From Leucoraja erinacea (lineage: Eukaryota), in assembly GCF_028641065.1 (NCBI RefSeq), contig NC_073381.1:83886001-83950000 (forward strand): DNA of 64,000 bases, given 5' to 3'. Positions within the stretch are counted from its first letter, which is position 1, and each line of letters opens with the position of its first letter. Below the pieces are notes generated by a model. It saw only the letters and a program-made list of their open reading frames with translations, made no database searches and was not told where the DNA came from. The translations under genes were made by a program, and so were the position numbers. This document shows positions 10,785-23,552 of this stretch, in pieces.

Positions 10785-10892
10785 AATTTCAGGATTGACA
10801 TTTTACAAATGGAGGAAGACACTTTGGAGTTTGACATGATTGGAATTGATGCCGCTATTGCAAATGCCTTCCGCCGCATCTTGCTTGCTGAG
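10785..10892 (+). CDS. POLR1C: POLR1C exon 3
   Basis: tag|[36 protein letters not shown]|gtgatg; contains the alpha-like subunit motif ANAFRR. Confidence 0.97.
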
Positions 10893-11307
10893 GTGATGTA
10901 ATCTCAATATCCAGCTCTACTACGTTGCCTTCAACATAGGCAGTTTAGAACCGTATTTTGCAAAATAGAATTGATACCGCATTTTTTAATAGAGCCGTGA
11001 TACACGGAAATAGGCCCTTTGCCATAACTCATCCATGTTGATCAAGATGCCCATCTAAACTAGTTCAATTGATAGTCATGGTGTATATTGGAAATCAATA
11101 GTTTTTTGGGGGTAAATGTAGTCAAAGCTATACATTGGATCATAGATCACCCATGATCTCTGTTTAATAGGTTTGAGAGATTAACTGGCCTATGTGTGTT
11201 CATGTGTCAACCAGAATGGATACTTTGCATAATTTCCCATTTCCAGTAATTATAACAGGAGTTCTTATCTGCCTCCTCCATCCAGCGGTTCAGCTATAAG
11301 AACATTT

Positions 11308-11462
11308 TGTTTAGTTTAGAGATACAGCACGGAAACAGGCCCTTCGGCCCACCGGGTCCCCGCCGACCAGCGATCCCCGCTCATTAACACTATCCTACAC
11401 GCACTAGGGACCATTTTTCCATTTACCAAGCCAATTAACTTACAAGCCTGCACGTCTTTGGA
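11308..11462 (-). mobile_element. tRNA-SINE 3' fragment
   Basis: tttagtttagagatacagcacggaaacaggcccttcggccc... Confidence 0.75.
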
Positions 11463-12213
11463 AACCAAAACGTTGGCAGGAGTGTAAGTATTATACAAGG
11501 ATGGCTTCAACTAGATTGACAGGGGGACAGGATGTAATGCACATATGAAACAAGTGGGAGGCTGGATGTCGATACAGACATTTACGAGGATGTTTCCAGA
11601 ACTGGAGGGGCTAAACTAGGGAGAGTTGGGGCAAGCTGGGACCTTATTCCTTATAGGATATGAAAATGAAGAGTAATTTTACAGGTGTATCAAAATATGA
11701 GAGGACAGATGGGGTAAATGCACAAGAATACTACAAGAATTAAAAATGAGAGCACATAGGTGTAACGAGTTTAATACGAATCTGAGGAGTAGCCTTTTCT
11801 CACAGAGGATAGTAAGTGTATGGAACAACCTGCCAAATAGACAGGTACGTGGATAGGGAAAGGCTTTGGGGGTTATCGGCCATGTACAGGCAGATGGGGC
11901 TAGCTTAGCTGGGGCATCTTGGTCAAGTTGGGCCAAAGGGCCTGTTTCTGTGCTATTCCTATTTCCATTGTATAAGGTGAAATTTGAAACAAAGATACTA
12001 GACCAAAACTCCCTTCAAAGAAAATCCTAATGGAGGGAGCATACAAGATCCTAACTATGGCTCTTCATCAATTTAACAAGAGTAACCCATTCAGCACAGC
12101 TGTGAATGAGTGTTGAATCAGGACTGTGGCTCAACTACATTGAGCCTCTCAAGAACTACTAAGGCACAATTTGACATTGTTTGCTGTTGCATTTGATCCA
12201 TTAAACTTGCAAT

Positions 12214-12443
12214 GCAGCCGGGGGCTATGACTTTGACTCTGACATCGGGGGGGGGGGAGAGTGCAGTGGAGAGATGAGTTTATTTGGCCTTCCATCACAG
12301 CTATGTGATGGATGTTTATGTTAAATGTAATTATGTTGTGTCTGGGGTCTATTTGTGTGTAATGTATGGCTGCAGAAACGGCATTTCGTTTGGACCTCCA
12401 GGGGTCCAAATGACAATTAAATTGACTCTGACTCTGACTCTGA
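12214..12443 (+). mobile_element. 3' fragment of the GC-rich non-autonomous retroelement
   Basis: Near-identical to 2300-2547; its (GACTCT)n tail ends 17 nt before POLR1C exon 4. Confidence 0.9.
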
Positions 12444-12460
12444 TATTGACTGTTGTTTAG

Positions 12461-12593
12461 GTCCCAACCATGGCTGTGGAGAAGGCATTTATCTACAACA
12501 ACACCTCCATTGTTCAGGATGAAATCTTGGCGCACAGACTGGGCCTCATCCCCATCAAAGCAGACCCACGACTATTTGAGTACAGGAGCACAG
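12461..12593 (+). CDS. POLR1C: POLR1C exon 4
   Basis: tag|[44 protein letters not shown](G)|gtgagg; Rpb3/RpoD signature [14 protein letters not shown]. Confidence 0.97.
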
Positions 12594-13127
12594 GTGAGGA
12601 TGTTGTTTTGTGTCAGCCATGAAAAGATATGCTGGGGACTTCTCAAAAGCATGGTGCCCTATTTTCATTCAAATACCCACTAACTCTAGCAAGCTCTTAG
12701 AGCGGGCAGAATCAAGGGATATGGGGAGATGGCAGGATCGGGGTACTGATTGTGGATGATCAGCTATGAATACATTGAATGGCGGTGCTTGCTCGAAGGG
12801 TCGAATGGCCTACTCCTTCACCTATGGTCTATGTATCTGTGTAATTCCTCTTTAATTTTTGAAACTCATTACTCTGCTGGGGGTAATTTGTAGTACCCAA
12901 TTATCCTGTCAATGTTTTGGTATTGGAAGAAATAGAAGCCGCTGGAGGAAACCTGTGTTGTCACAGAAAGAATATGCAAACCTAAACGCGCAGCACTAAA
13001 TTGAATCGGGGTTAATGGAGTTATGAGTAAGAAAGAACGGCAGATGCTGGTTTAAAACTAAGATAGACAAAAACCTGGAGTAACTCAGTGGGACAGGCAG
13101 CATCTCTGGAGAGAAGGAATGGATGAC

Positions 13128-13503
13128 AACTTACAAAATTCTTAAGGGGTTGGACAGGCTAGATGCAGGAAGATTGTTCCCGATGTTGGGGAAGTCCAGG
13201 ACAAGGGGTCACAGCTTAAGGATAAGGGGGAAATCCTTTAAAACCGAGATGAGGAGAACTTTTTTCACACAGAGAGTGGTGAATCTCTGGAACTCTCTGC
13301 CACAGAGGGTAGTTGAGGCTAGTTCATTGGCTATATTTAAGAGGGAGTTAGATGTGGCCCTTGTGGCCAAGGGGATCAGAGGGTATGGAGAGAAGGCAGG
13401 TACGGGATACTGAGTTGGATGATCAGCCATGATCATATTGAATGGCGGTGCAGGCTCGAAGGGCCGAATGGCCTACTCCTGCATCTAATTTCTATGTTTC
13501 TAT
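13128..13503 (+). mobile_element. Young CR1 3' fragment inserted into a Penelope pseudo-LTR
   Basis: TYKILKGLDRLDAGRLFPM...GYGEKAGTGY, (TTTCTATG)n tail; flanks 13028-13127 and 13504-13745 rejoin as one pLTR. Confidence 0.9.
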
Positions 13504-13859
13504 GACGTTTTAGGTAGAGACCCTTCTTCAGACTTTTAAGGGATAAGGAAAACGAGATATATAGATGGTGATGTGGAGAGATGAAGAACAATGCATGAAA
13601 GATATGCAAAAAAAGTAATGATGATAAAGGAAACAGACAATTGTAAGCTGTTTTTAGGGTGAAAATGAGAAGCTAGTGCGACTTGGGTGGGGGAGGGATA
13701 GAGAGGGAATGCCGGGGCTACCTGAAGTGAGAGAAATCAATATTAGAGATTCAAGAGAGTTTATTGTCATGTGTCCCAGATAGGACAATGAAATTCTTGC
13801 GTTGCTTCAGAACAACAGAATATAGTAGGCATAAATAAATACAGAACAGGTCCGTGCGA

Positions 13860-14335
13860 CCATTGACAATGGACGAGACTGAGGACAGAAAGGCATGTGA
13901 AGGAATGGGAAGGAGAATTAAATTGTCCAGCAACCGGGAGATCAGGTTGGTTCACGCAGGCTGAGCAAAGGTGTTCCGCAAAACGATCGCCCAGTCGGCA
14001 TTTGGTCTCGCCGATGTATGTGTCCACATCTTGAACAACGGATGCAGTAGATGAGGTTGGAAGAGGTGCAAGTGAACCAGTGCCTAACCTGAGGGCTGTC
14101 AGGGTCCCTGGACAGAGTCGAGGGAGGAGGTATAGTAACAGGCGGTGCATCGTCTGCAGTTACTGGGGAATGTACCTGGGGAGGGGGTGGTTTGGGTGGG
14201 AAGGGATGAGTTAACCAGGGAGTTGCAGAGCGAAATGTCTGCGGAAGGCAGAAAGGGGTGGAGATGGGAAAATGTGGCTAATGGTGGGATCCCGTTGGTG
14301 GCGGCGGATATTTTGGAGGATTATGTGTTGTGCGT
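13860..14335 (-). mobile_element. Penelope-like element GIY-YIG endonuclease fragment
   Basis: YIGETKCRLGDRFAEHL..PDLPVAGQFNSPSH. Confidence 0.85.
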
Positions 14336-14599
14336 TATGGTGAGTTATGAAGTAATTGGTACACTGGTACACAAAACCCACTGTGTCGAATAGCTGTTAT
14401 ATGATTTAACATCCACGAGACACAAAGCAAAACTTGGTATTCAGGTATCCTTTCACTGAATGTTTATGTTTTGAGGGAGAATTTAAAAATCAGAAACTGG
14501 CACAGATGGAGGGAGAAGCAGTTAATATTTTTGAGTGGATTAACTTGAAGGGTCTTGTCCCAATATGTCGGCTGTCTATTTCATCACAGATGCTGCTTC

Positions 14600-15205
14600 A
14601 CCTGTGGAAACAAGGAACTGAGATGCTGGTTAATACACAAAAGTAACTCAGCAGGTCAGGCAGCATCTCTGGAGAACATGGATAGGTGACGTTTCGGATC
14701 AAGACTTTCTTCAGACTGATTGTCGATGGAGGGAGGCGAGAAGAAAGCTAGAAGAGGAGAGAGGCAGGACCGTGCATGACAGGTGGTTGGTAAAGCAGGT
14801 TTTTTGATATGCAGATGGTTGAAACAAAGGGCAGAGATAAAAGCAGACGGTGTGAGCCAGGTTTGAAGGATTGCGAATTGCGATGCGAGGGAGATGCAAG
14901 TTAGGGGCGAGGGGTTGTGGGACAAATAGGTGGGGTACGGGAGGAGGTGGGGTGGGGGGGGGGGGGAGTGAAAAATAAGGGAGGTTGGGTGAGTTTGTGG
15001 GAGGGTTTAGTAAGGGGTTACCTAAAGTTGGAGAGATCGATGTTCATAATGTTGGGTTGTAATCTACATATGAGGTGCTGTTCCTCCATTTGTGTGTGGC
15101 CTTATTCTGGTAATGGAAGGGGCCCAGGAGAGAAAGAGTAGGGGAATGGTGCGAGGAGTTAAATGGCTAGCAACCGGGAGATCCAGCAGGCCATGGCGGA
15201 CAGTG
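14600..15205 (-). mobile_element. Penelope-like 3' end with pseudo-LTR and hammerhead motif (14688-14714)
   Basis: DLPVASH remnant plus ctgaagaaagtcttgatccgaaacgtc on the - strand. Confidence 0.7.
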
Positions 15206-15731
15206 CCTGCCATGTTTGGTCCTGCCTCAGTCCTCTTTCTACCTTTCCCCTCCCTCGCCATTCAGTCTGAAGAAGAGTCTTGGTTCGAAATGTCACCTAT
15301 CTATCTTCTCCAGAGATGCTGCCTGATCTGAGTTATTCCAACACTTTGTATCCTGCTGCTTTACCTGTTGAGTTTGCTTTTTGCTCAAGACCAGAATCTG
15401 CTGTCTCTTGCATTTGTATTAACTCTTCTCTCTTCGTGGATGGTGTCAAACTTGCTGAGTATTTCCAGCATTTCCATTTCTCTTCCTGCCTGTAGTTAAA
15501 TGTGGGTACAGGAATAAAAAAAGTGCTTCACTGAAATGACCACGCTTTAACATGAAGCAGCTGAAATGCCCTAGCCTGACAAGAGATTGTCTGAAGAAGG
15601 ATTTTGGCCCGAAACGTTGCCTATTTCCTTTGCTCCTCACCCGCTGAGTTTCTCCAGCATTTTTGTCTCCCTTCGATTTTCCAGCATCTGTAGTTCTTTC
15701 TTAAAGAGATTGTGTGTTATTATTTCAATAG

Positions 15732-15851
15732 GGGATGAAGAGGGAACAGAGATTGACACACTACATTTCCACCTGAAGGTGAGGTGTACCAAAAACCCTA
15801 AAGCACTGAAAGACTCTTCAGACCCTGAAGAACTGTACTTAAATCATAAAG
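15732..15851 (+). CDS. POLR1C: POLR1C exon 5
   Basis: tag|(G)[39 protein letters not shown]|gtaaat; phase 1-1 consistent with neighbours. Confidence 0.97.
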
Positions 15852-16790
15852 GTAAATGAACTGAAATTCAGTTATGATATTTTGAATTTCTTCGCAATGT
15901 ATTTACTAAAGCTCGACCTGAGTTGGATTTGCTGAAATTTCAAATTCTCTGTTAATGCTCTCTCACAAAATCTTCTGAAGCAAAGTGATTAGTGCCTGTG
16001 GGCCCATGTCAGAGGAAAGTAAACTGCTAGAACCTGGGGAAAACAGAAGTTACTGGGAATTATGCACCAGTGAGGGGCAGTTGGCAGGCTGGCTGATCAA
16101 ATCCAGGGGCTGGATCTGGTTGGATGTAAATTTCTGATCCCCAACCCAGATGTGAAAAGGAGTGGAGGAGCCTTTTTCCTCCCTCCCCGCTTCGCTTTTC
16201 TGAGCTACTTGCTTAGTCTCGGGTCCATCTGAAAGAATAATGGCCAGCGGTTGAGGAAGGACTGCAACTGGTTCTCAACAGGAGCCAGACAATAACACAA
16301 TTGCCAACAGGTATAAAATGATTTTCAAAAATCATGTTGGTCCCCTATCCCCTCCCCAGTACAGATTCAGATTCAGATTCAGATTCAATTTTAATTGTCA
16401 TTGTCAGTGTACAGTACAGAGACAACAAAATGCATATACCTGTAGAAAATGCTGCAGTCGTAATGCTTCAAAGATTTTTGTAGATTGTAATCACAAAAAT
16501 ACACTCTGAGCCAAAGTGTGGTGTTGGCTGGAAGCATGTTATCGTCTTCTTCTTGCATTAGGCGTGCACAACCTAAAGTTTGAGGACAAATTGTTCCATT
16601 TGATCTTATTTGATTGTGCACAGCAGGTTGATTGCATTTGTCGAAACAGGGAAGGTTGCAATCTCCCACCCCCAGTATGTTATCTTGAAGACACTGCATT
16701 ATTTCTTCATAGCAAGGGAAATTATAAATTGGGTTTTTTAGGTTCTGAACATGACCACTAACTAGTGTGGTAATTTTGTTTTATATTGCA

Positions 16791-17093
16791 GTTTAGTTTA
16801 GAAATACAGCTTGAAAACGGGCCCATCGCCTCACTGACTCTGCACCAACCAACAATCCCCGCATATTAACACTATTCTACACACACTAGGGACAATTTAC
16901 AATTTTTTCCAAGCCAATTAACCTACAAACCTGTACGTCTTTGGAATGTGGGACGAAACCGGAGCTCCCGGTGAAAACCCATGCAGGTCACGTGAAGAAC
17001 GTTAAAACTCCTTACAGACAACACCCGTAGTCAGGATCGAACCCCGGTCTCTGGCAATGTAAGGGAGCAGTTCTACCGATGTGCCACTGTGCC
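16791..17093 (-). mobile_element. tRNA-derived SINE, full length
   Basis: B box GGGTTCGATCCTG, (TAAAC)n tail; same family as 10209-10466. Confidence 0.8.
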
Positions 17094-17193
17094 AGTTATT
17101 GATATACTGGTGTTTTGTGAATCATATTTGCTCCAGTATTTCAGTCCTGCCAAAGTTACAGGATAGTCTTGCTTTCTTCTATTTGTCCTGTAG

Positions 17194-17346
17194 TCTATTC
17201 CAAGCACTTGAAGTGGGTGCCCATTGGGAATCAGGCGGATCTCTTCGGGCAGGTTGAAATCCGACCTGTACACAATGATATCCTTATCGCTCAACTCCGC
17301 CCAGGGCAGGAAATCGATGTGGTCGTGCACTGTGTAAAAGGAATTG
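17194..17346 (+). CDS. POLR1C: POLR1C exon 6
   Basis: tag|(V)[50 protein letters not shown]|gtaagt. Confidence 0.97.
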
Positions 17347-17460
17347 GTAAGTCAAAAGGAGGGAGAATCGCACTGCTTGCAACACTCCCCATGGGTAAAT
17401 GGAACGAGCGCTAGAGGGCTGTTGGCTGCTTTGTTGGGAACACAAACAACCTCAGACCCT

Positions 17461-17565
17461 ACTTTCTAGCAAGCAGTAGAGAGTCGACCAACACATACCT
17501 TAATCAGTGGGAACTGGCAGAGAAACAACCAGTATATTTCACCTGGTGTCATTGAGGTTAAGATT
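17461..17565 (+). pseudogene. Decayed partial duplicate of POLR1C exon 7 in intron 6
   Basis: ggaactggcaga...cctggtgtcattgaggtt is shared with exon 7 (17850-17905); acceptor-like actttctagcaa vs acttcctagcaa. Confidence 0.65.
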
Positions 17566-17765
17566 TTTTTTGGATAATTTTTAGTCAGTGTATTAAAAAG
17601 AAAATGAGATTGGGTCATGTATAGAAAATAATTTCTCTTGATGAGTTTGAGTCTGGGAGACATAGCTATAAAAATGTCACAACCTGATAAGGAATGCAAA
17701 TGAAACTTTGGTGTGCACTGCAGCATTGTGCATGAATGTAATCTCCCTCGTATTTCACTTCCTAG

Positions 17766-17915
17766 CAAAAGACCATGCCAAGTTCTCTCCTGTTGCCACA
17801 GCAAGCTATCGACTTCTACCTGAAATAACTCTACTGGGTCCTGTAGAAGAGGAACTGGCAGATAAATTAAAGCAGTGCTTCTCTCCTGGTGTCATTGAGG
17901 TTGAGACTGTGAATG
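17766..17915 (+). CDS. POLR1C: POLR1C exon 7
   Basis: tag|(A)[49 protein letters not shown]|gtgagt. Confidence 0.97.
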
Positions 17916-18683
17916 GTGAGTCAATTCCACAGTTGAATATGAAATCTCTGATTTTTAGGGTAATGTACTTGATCCAAGAGCACTCTTTAGACCAGAGGAC
18001 AGTAAGGTTAGCCTCAATGGAAGTAAACGTTGGAAATGTTCAACAGAAAAGATGCCATCTGTGCACAAATGTTTTGCGTCAATAACTGCTTCTCTCTCTA
18101 CTTATGAGACCTAACCTGCTGAATATTTCCAGCTTTTTAAAATTATAGATATGTCGCATCTCTAATAATTTGATTTTAGTATAAGTTTGGAGAATTGGGG
18201 GGTTGTGTAAAGGAAGGATTTGTCCAGTGGGAGAAAGATCAGTACCTGACTCCATTTTAAAATAATGGGAGATATTAAGCTGTTATTATTTGATGTGCTG
18301 CCTGAAATTACGGTTGGAGATAATTCAAATTTATTGAGGTGATTTATATTTAGCTTTGTCTTACCAAATATAAATATATTCAGGATGAACCAGGTCTCCT
18401 TTAATGGGGGATAACTGTGATGGGCTGCAACTTTTTTACAGCATTAAGTAGGGCAAGAATAATATCTTGTTTACTCCTGATTTCTTTAGTGCAGGTTAAC
18501 CCCAAATAAAGTCACAAACTAAACATATTCACCAATCAAGACATGATATATACCACAATGAAATGCAGCAAAATTACAATACAGTATCTCATCTCTTTTT
18601 ACACGTTGCAATGAATGCAATTTCTATTCTTTCTTTCCACTTCCAAACAAAATTCTGGTTGGATTATTCAGCGTATGATCAAC

Positions 18684-19770
18684 CTCGGTGAGACCAAGTG
18701 CAGGCTTGTCGATCGCTTCACTTCAACTCCCCCTCCCATTCCGAATCTGACCTTTCTGTCCTGGGCCTCCTCCATGGCCAGAGTGAGGCCAACAGCAAAT
18801 TGGAGGAACAGCACCTCATATTTCGCTTGGGTAGATTACACCCCAGCGGTATGAACATTGACTTCTCCAATCTCAGGTAGTCCTTGCTTTCTCCCTCCTT
18901 CCCCTACTATTCCCAACTCTCCCACAGCCTACTGTCTCTGCCTCTTCCTTTCTTTTTCCCCCCCCCCCCCCCCCTCCCGACATCAGTCTGAAGAAGGGTC
19001 TCAGCCCGAAACATCGTCTATTCCTTCGCTGCATAGATGCTGCATCACCCGCTGATTTTCTCCAGCTTTGTCTACCAACGGGATCCCACCACTGGCCACA
19101 TCTTCCAATCTCCTCCCCTGACGGCTTTCTGCAGAGACTGCTCCCTTCGTAACTCCCTGGTCAATTCGTCCCTTCCCACCCAAACCGCCCCCTCTCCTGG
19201 CACTTTCCCTTGCAACCACAGGAAATGCTACACTTGTCGCTTTACCTCCCCCCTTGACTCCATTCAAGGACCCAAGCTGTCTTTCCAGGTGCGGCAGAGG
19301 TTCACCTACACCTCCTCCAACGTCATCTATTGCATCCTCTGCTCTGGGTGTCAGCTGCTCTACATCGGTGAGACCAAGCTTAGGCTTGGCGATCGCTTTG
19401 TCTAACACCTCCTCTCGGTTCGCAATAACCAACCTGATTTCCCGGTGGCTCAGCACTTCAACTCCGCCTCCCATTCCGAATCTGACCTTTCTGTCCTGGG
19501 CCTCCTCCATGGCCAGAGTGAGGCCCACCGTTTTGCTTGGGCAGTTTACACCCCAGCGGTATGAAAATTGGCTTCTTCAATGTCAGGTAGTCGCTGCTTT
19601 CTCCCCGCTTCCCAACTCTCCCTCAGTCTCCGCCTCTTCCTTTCTTCTTCCCACCCCCCCGCACCCTCACAGTCTGACGAAGGGTCTCGACCTGAAACGT
19701 CGCCTATTTCCTTCACTCCATAGATGCTGCCTCACCCGCTGAGTTTCTCCAGCATTTTTGTCTACCCATT
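18684..19770 (+). mobile_element. Tandem Penelope-like 3' fragments, each ending in a pseudo-LTR
   Basis: FTYTSSNVIYCILCSGCQLLYIGETKLRLGDRF (GIY-YIG) and EQHLIFRLG; hammerhead motifs at 18988-19015 and 19674-19701. Confidence 0.88.
19674..19701 (+). ncRNA. Minimal hammerhead ribozyme motif (CUGACGA variant)
   Basis: CTGACGA-A-GGG(tctcga)CCT-GAAAC-GTC. Confidence 0.7.
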
Positions 19771-19774
19771 CACA

Positions 19775-19991
19775 CAAGTTCGGTTATCCCACTTTCCTCA
19801 CCCACTCCGTACACATTAGGGGCAATTTTACAGAGACAAGTTAACCTACAAAGCCAATGCGTCTTTGGGATGTGGGAGGAAACCCACACGCTTGCAGGGA
19901 GAATGTGCAAATTCAACACAGACAGTGCCCGAGGACAGGATCGAACACAGATCCCTGGTGTGTGAGGCAGCAAGTCCACCAGCTGTGCCAC
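19775..19991 (-). mobile_element. tRNA-derived SINE (older subfamily)
   Basis: TGGCACAGCTGG A box and GTTCGATCC B box on the - strand. Confidence 0.65.
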
Positions 19992-21654
19992 TATATTTTA
20001 TTTTCCAACACACAAAAAATTACACGTTGATAACTTTGGTTACTAAAAATAGAAACTATCCATTTTCAGTCTTAAATCTCTAAGTGATGCAAAGTTCCCC
20101 TTTACAGGTACTGTATGTTTTAATTCAGTTCAAGTTAATTGGCCATAAAGTTGCTGCCTAAAATTGCCAGAGACCCAGAATTGATCCTGAATATGGGTGC
20201 TGTCTGTATGGAGCTTGCTCCTTTTCCCTTTGATCGCATGGGTTATCTCCGGGTGCTCTTGTTTCCTTCCAAATTCCAAAGGTGTGCAGGAACCTTTTTC
20301 AGACCCAACCCAAAATGTAATATTTTCCTTTTGTCCAGAGATTCTGTCTGACCTGTTGAGTTACTCCAGCTTTTTGTGTCTATCTTCAGTTTAAACCAGC
20401 ATCTGCAGTTCTTTCCTACACACACACGATACTATACGATAGAACTTTATTAATCCCAGGAGGGAAATTGTGTGTGTGTGTGTGTGTGTGTGTGTATAGT
20501 TATATATTCATATGTAATACACTGTTTTGTTTTCTCGTTTATAACAGTGTTTACAGAGTACTGTGTTTACATATTCTGTTGTGCTGCTGCAAGTAAGGAT
20601 TTCATTGTTCTGACTGGGACGTGAGAGAATAAAACACTCTTGACTCTTGACTTGCGTCGCTAATGTGTGGGATAGAACTAGTGTATGGGTGATCGGTGGT
20701 CGGCGTGGACTCAGTGGGCCGAAGGGCCTGTTTCCACGCTGTATCTTTAAATTAAACTAAAACTAAAAAGCCATCTCCATCATCAAAGACCCTTACCACC
20801 CATCGCATGACATTTTCTCCATCCTCCCATCTGGGAAGAGGTACAGGAGCATTAGCTGCAAAACCAGCAGGATGCTCCTCAGCTTCTTCCCACAGGCTAT
20901 AAGACTGTTAAATGGACTTTGCCCCCTTAAAGTAAACGCAAAAACACCCAAACCAGAGTAAATCTTGTGCCGAAGGGTCGGAACGGCTGTTGAAACGTTC
21001 ACCAATTTGTTAAATATCCATGACAGTATTTTTTAATTTAATTCCTATTTATTTTTTAATGCAAACTGAATGGACACTGGTTGAGCAACGTTTTTTTGTT
21101 TCCTCTGGGTATGCGAATACTCAGGAAATGACAATAAAGATTTACAATTACAATTACAATTACAAAAACACTAAAACCAGAGGAAATCTAAAGGAGGGTC
21201 ACTACCCGAAACGTCACACAATTTCTTCTATCCAGAGATGCCGGCTGCTCCATGGAGTTTCCCCGCACAATTAAAGCATGGAATAGTCTTCACCCTACTA
21301 TAGGTACCCAACCAGACGCAAGTAAATTTAAGGTAGCTCTTTTTTTTCCCCGAAGAACCCTTTTTTGCTTAAGTCCAAGTCAAGAGACAAGAGAGTTATA
21401 TTGTCATGTGTCCCACATAGGACAATGAAATTCTTGCTTGCTGCCAGCACAACAGAATATGTAAACATAATACAGAACAGGAGATAAAAGTTCAGTGCGT
21501 CTATATACCATAGACCATATATATATACACAATAAATAAACACATAAAATGCATTAGGCTGTTATTTTTCAGTGTTTGGTGGTGGTGGATCCACTCCTGT
21601 TTAAATTCCATGTTGAATATTTTTGGAGGACCAGGAAACCAAGAAGCAAGAGTT

Positions 21655-22241
21655 ACTCCAGGGAGTTACTCCAGCTCCAGCGAGTGATTCCAGCGTGGGT
21701 TTTCAGCGGTCGCAGCGAGGCTGCGACTGCACAGCAATGGCGGTCAAATCTCCCACAATGCAAGGCTCCAGCGAGTGATTCCAGCGTGGGTTTTCAGCGG
21801 TCGCAGCGAGGCTGCGACTGCACAGCAATGGCGGTCAAATCTCCCACAATGCAAAGGGAGGGAGAAAGTGGCCGACGCCGACCAGTGGCAGTGCGCATGT
21901 GCAGGGCGGCACATGCGCACAACCACGGCCAATGATGTGCTGGCCAAAGATCCTCGCTATAGGATGTTTGGTGCTGGCCACGGTTGTGCACATGTGTAAG
22001 GCGGCCTGCCGTGCTGGCGGATGAGGAGAGCGTGGAGACCCGGCGGCCCGGATACGGGTGGCGGGCAGAGACTGAGAATGACAGAGAGACAGAGAGCGAG
22101 AGATGGAGAGGCGGCCTGCTCAGAATTAAACGATAGGTATCCCGGGTGCTTGCCAAGCCGGGCAAAATGGCACGGCTTTTAGGTTGCCCAGCGGGACTAG
22201 GTTGCCATTGGCAACTGGGCAATGGCTAATTTCGAGCCCTG
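21655..22241. mobile_element. CpG-rich hAT-like non-autonomous DNA transposon end with internal 91-bp tandem duplication
   Basis: Terminus AATTTCGAGCCCTG (rc CAGGGCTCGAAATT), subterminal ggttgcc repeats; duplicated units 21674-21764 / 21765-21853. Confidence 0.55.
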
Positions 22242-22242
22242 C

Positions 22243-23197
22243 CAGTTATTTACAATATATATTAACGATTTAGACGAGAGAATTAAATATGACATCTCCA
22301 AGTTTGCAGATGACACAAAGCTGGGTGGCAGTGTGAACTATCAGGAGGATGCTACGAGGCTGCAGGGTGACTTGGATAGATTGGGTGAAGGAGAAGATGC
22401 AGTATAATGTGGATAAATGTGAGGTACAAAAGGCAGATTATTAGCTGAATGGTGTCAGATTAGGAAAATGGGAGGTACAACAAGACCTGGGTGTGCTTGT
22501 ACATCAGTCTCTGAAAGTAAGCATGCAGGTACAGCAGGCAGTGAAGAAAGGAAATGGCATGTTGGTCTTCATTGCGAGAGGATTTGAGTTTATAGGAGCA
22601 AGGAGGTCCTGCAGTTGTAGAGGGCCCTGATGAGACTGCACCTGGAATATTGTGTGCAATTTTAGTCTCCTAATTTGAGGAAGGACATTATTGCTATTGA
22701 GGAAGTGCAGCAAAGGTTCACCTGGTTAATTTTCGAGATGGCGGGACTGACATATCATGAAAGAATGGGTCAACTGGGCTTGTTTTCACTGGAATTTGGA
22801 AGGATGAGAGGAGATCTTATAGAAACATATAATTCTTAAAGGATTGGACAGGCTAGATGCAGGAAAAATGTTCCCGATGCTGGGTGAGTCCAGAACCAGG
22901 GGTCACAGTTTAAGAATAAGGGTAGGCCATTTAGGACTGAGATGAGGAAAATCATTTTTATCCAGAGATTGTGAATCTGTGGAATTCTTTGCCACAGAAG
23001 GCAGTGGAGGCCAATTCACTAGATGGTTTTTTTTTAAGACTTAACTCTTAGGGCTAACGGAATCAAGGGATATGGGGGGGGGGGGGAAGCAAGAATGGGT
23101 ACTGATTTTAGATGATCAGCCATGATCATATTGAATGGCAGTGCTGACTCGAAGGGCCGAATGGCCAATTCCTGCACATATTTTTCTATGTTTTTCT
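22243..23197 (+). mobile_element. CR1 LINE fragment (decayed)
   Basis: [22 protein letters not shown], frameshifted; tttctatg tail. Confidence 0.9.
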
Positions 23198-23552
23198 AAG
23201 TAGGATGCAAGACTGTTGGACTGACTGTCTTATTATAGGTTCTGCATAAAGTCTGAGATTTGTACTGAGTCATGAGTCAGCTCATTGATTTAAAAGAAAG
23301 TAACCATTCTGAGGTTTGAGTCTTGCCTCACCAAATTTACTGATTTCAATGTTCCCACATAGTGATATAAATTAGGGAAACCCTATTTTATCTATGCTAT
23401 ATTGATGCAATTTTCCAACTGGTACACTCTTAGCCAGGGCTTATTAACTTTTGAAACAAATAAACAGGAATAAGATTACATTGGTGTCTAGTCTGATATA
23501 TAATATTGTCTCTGACCGGGAATTGAGAACTCACTTGTCCCTCTGGCCTTAG

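Noticed and set aside
21674-21853. Direct repeats as a CRISPR-like array
   Set aside because: Only two adjacent 91-bp units with no spacers, in a vertebrate intron
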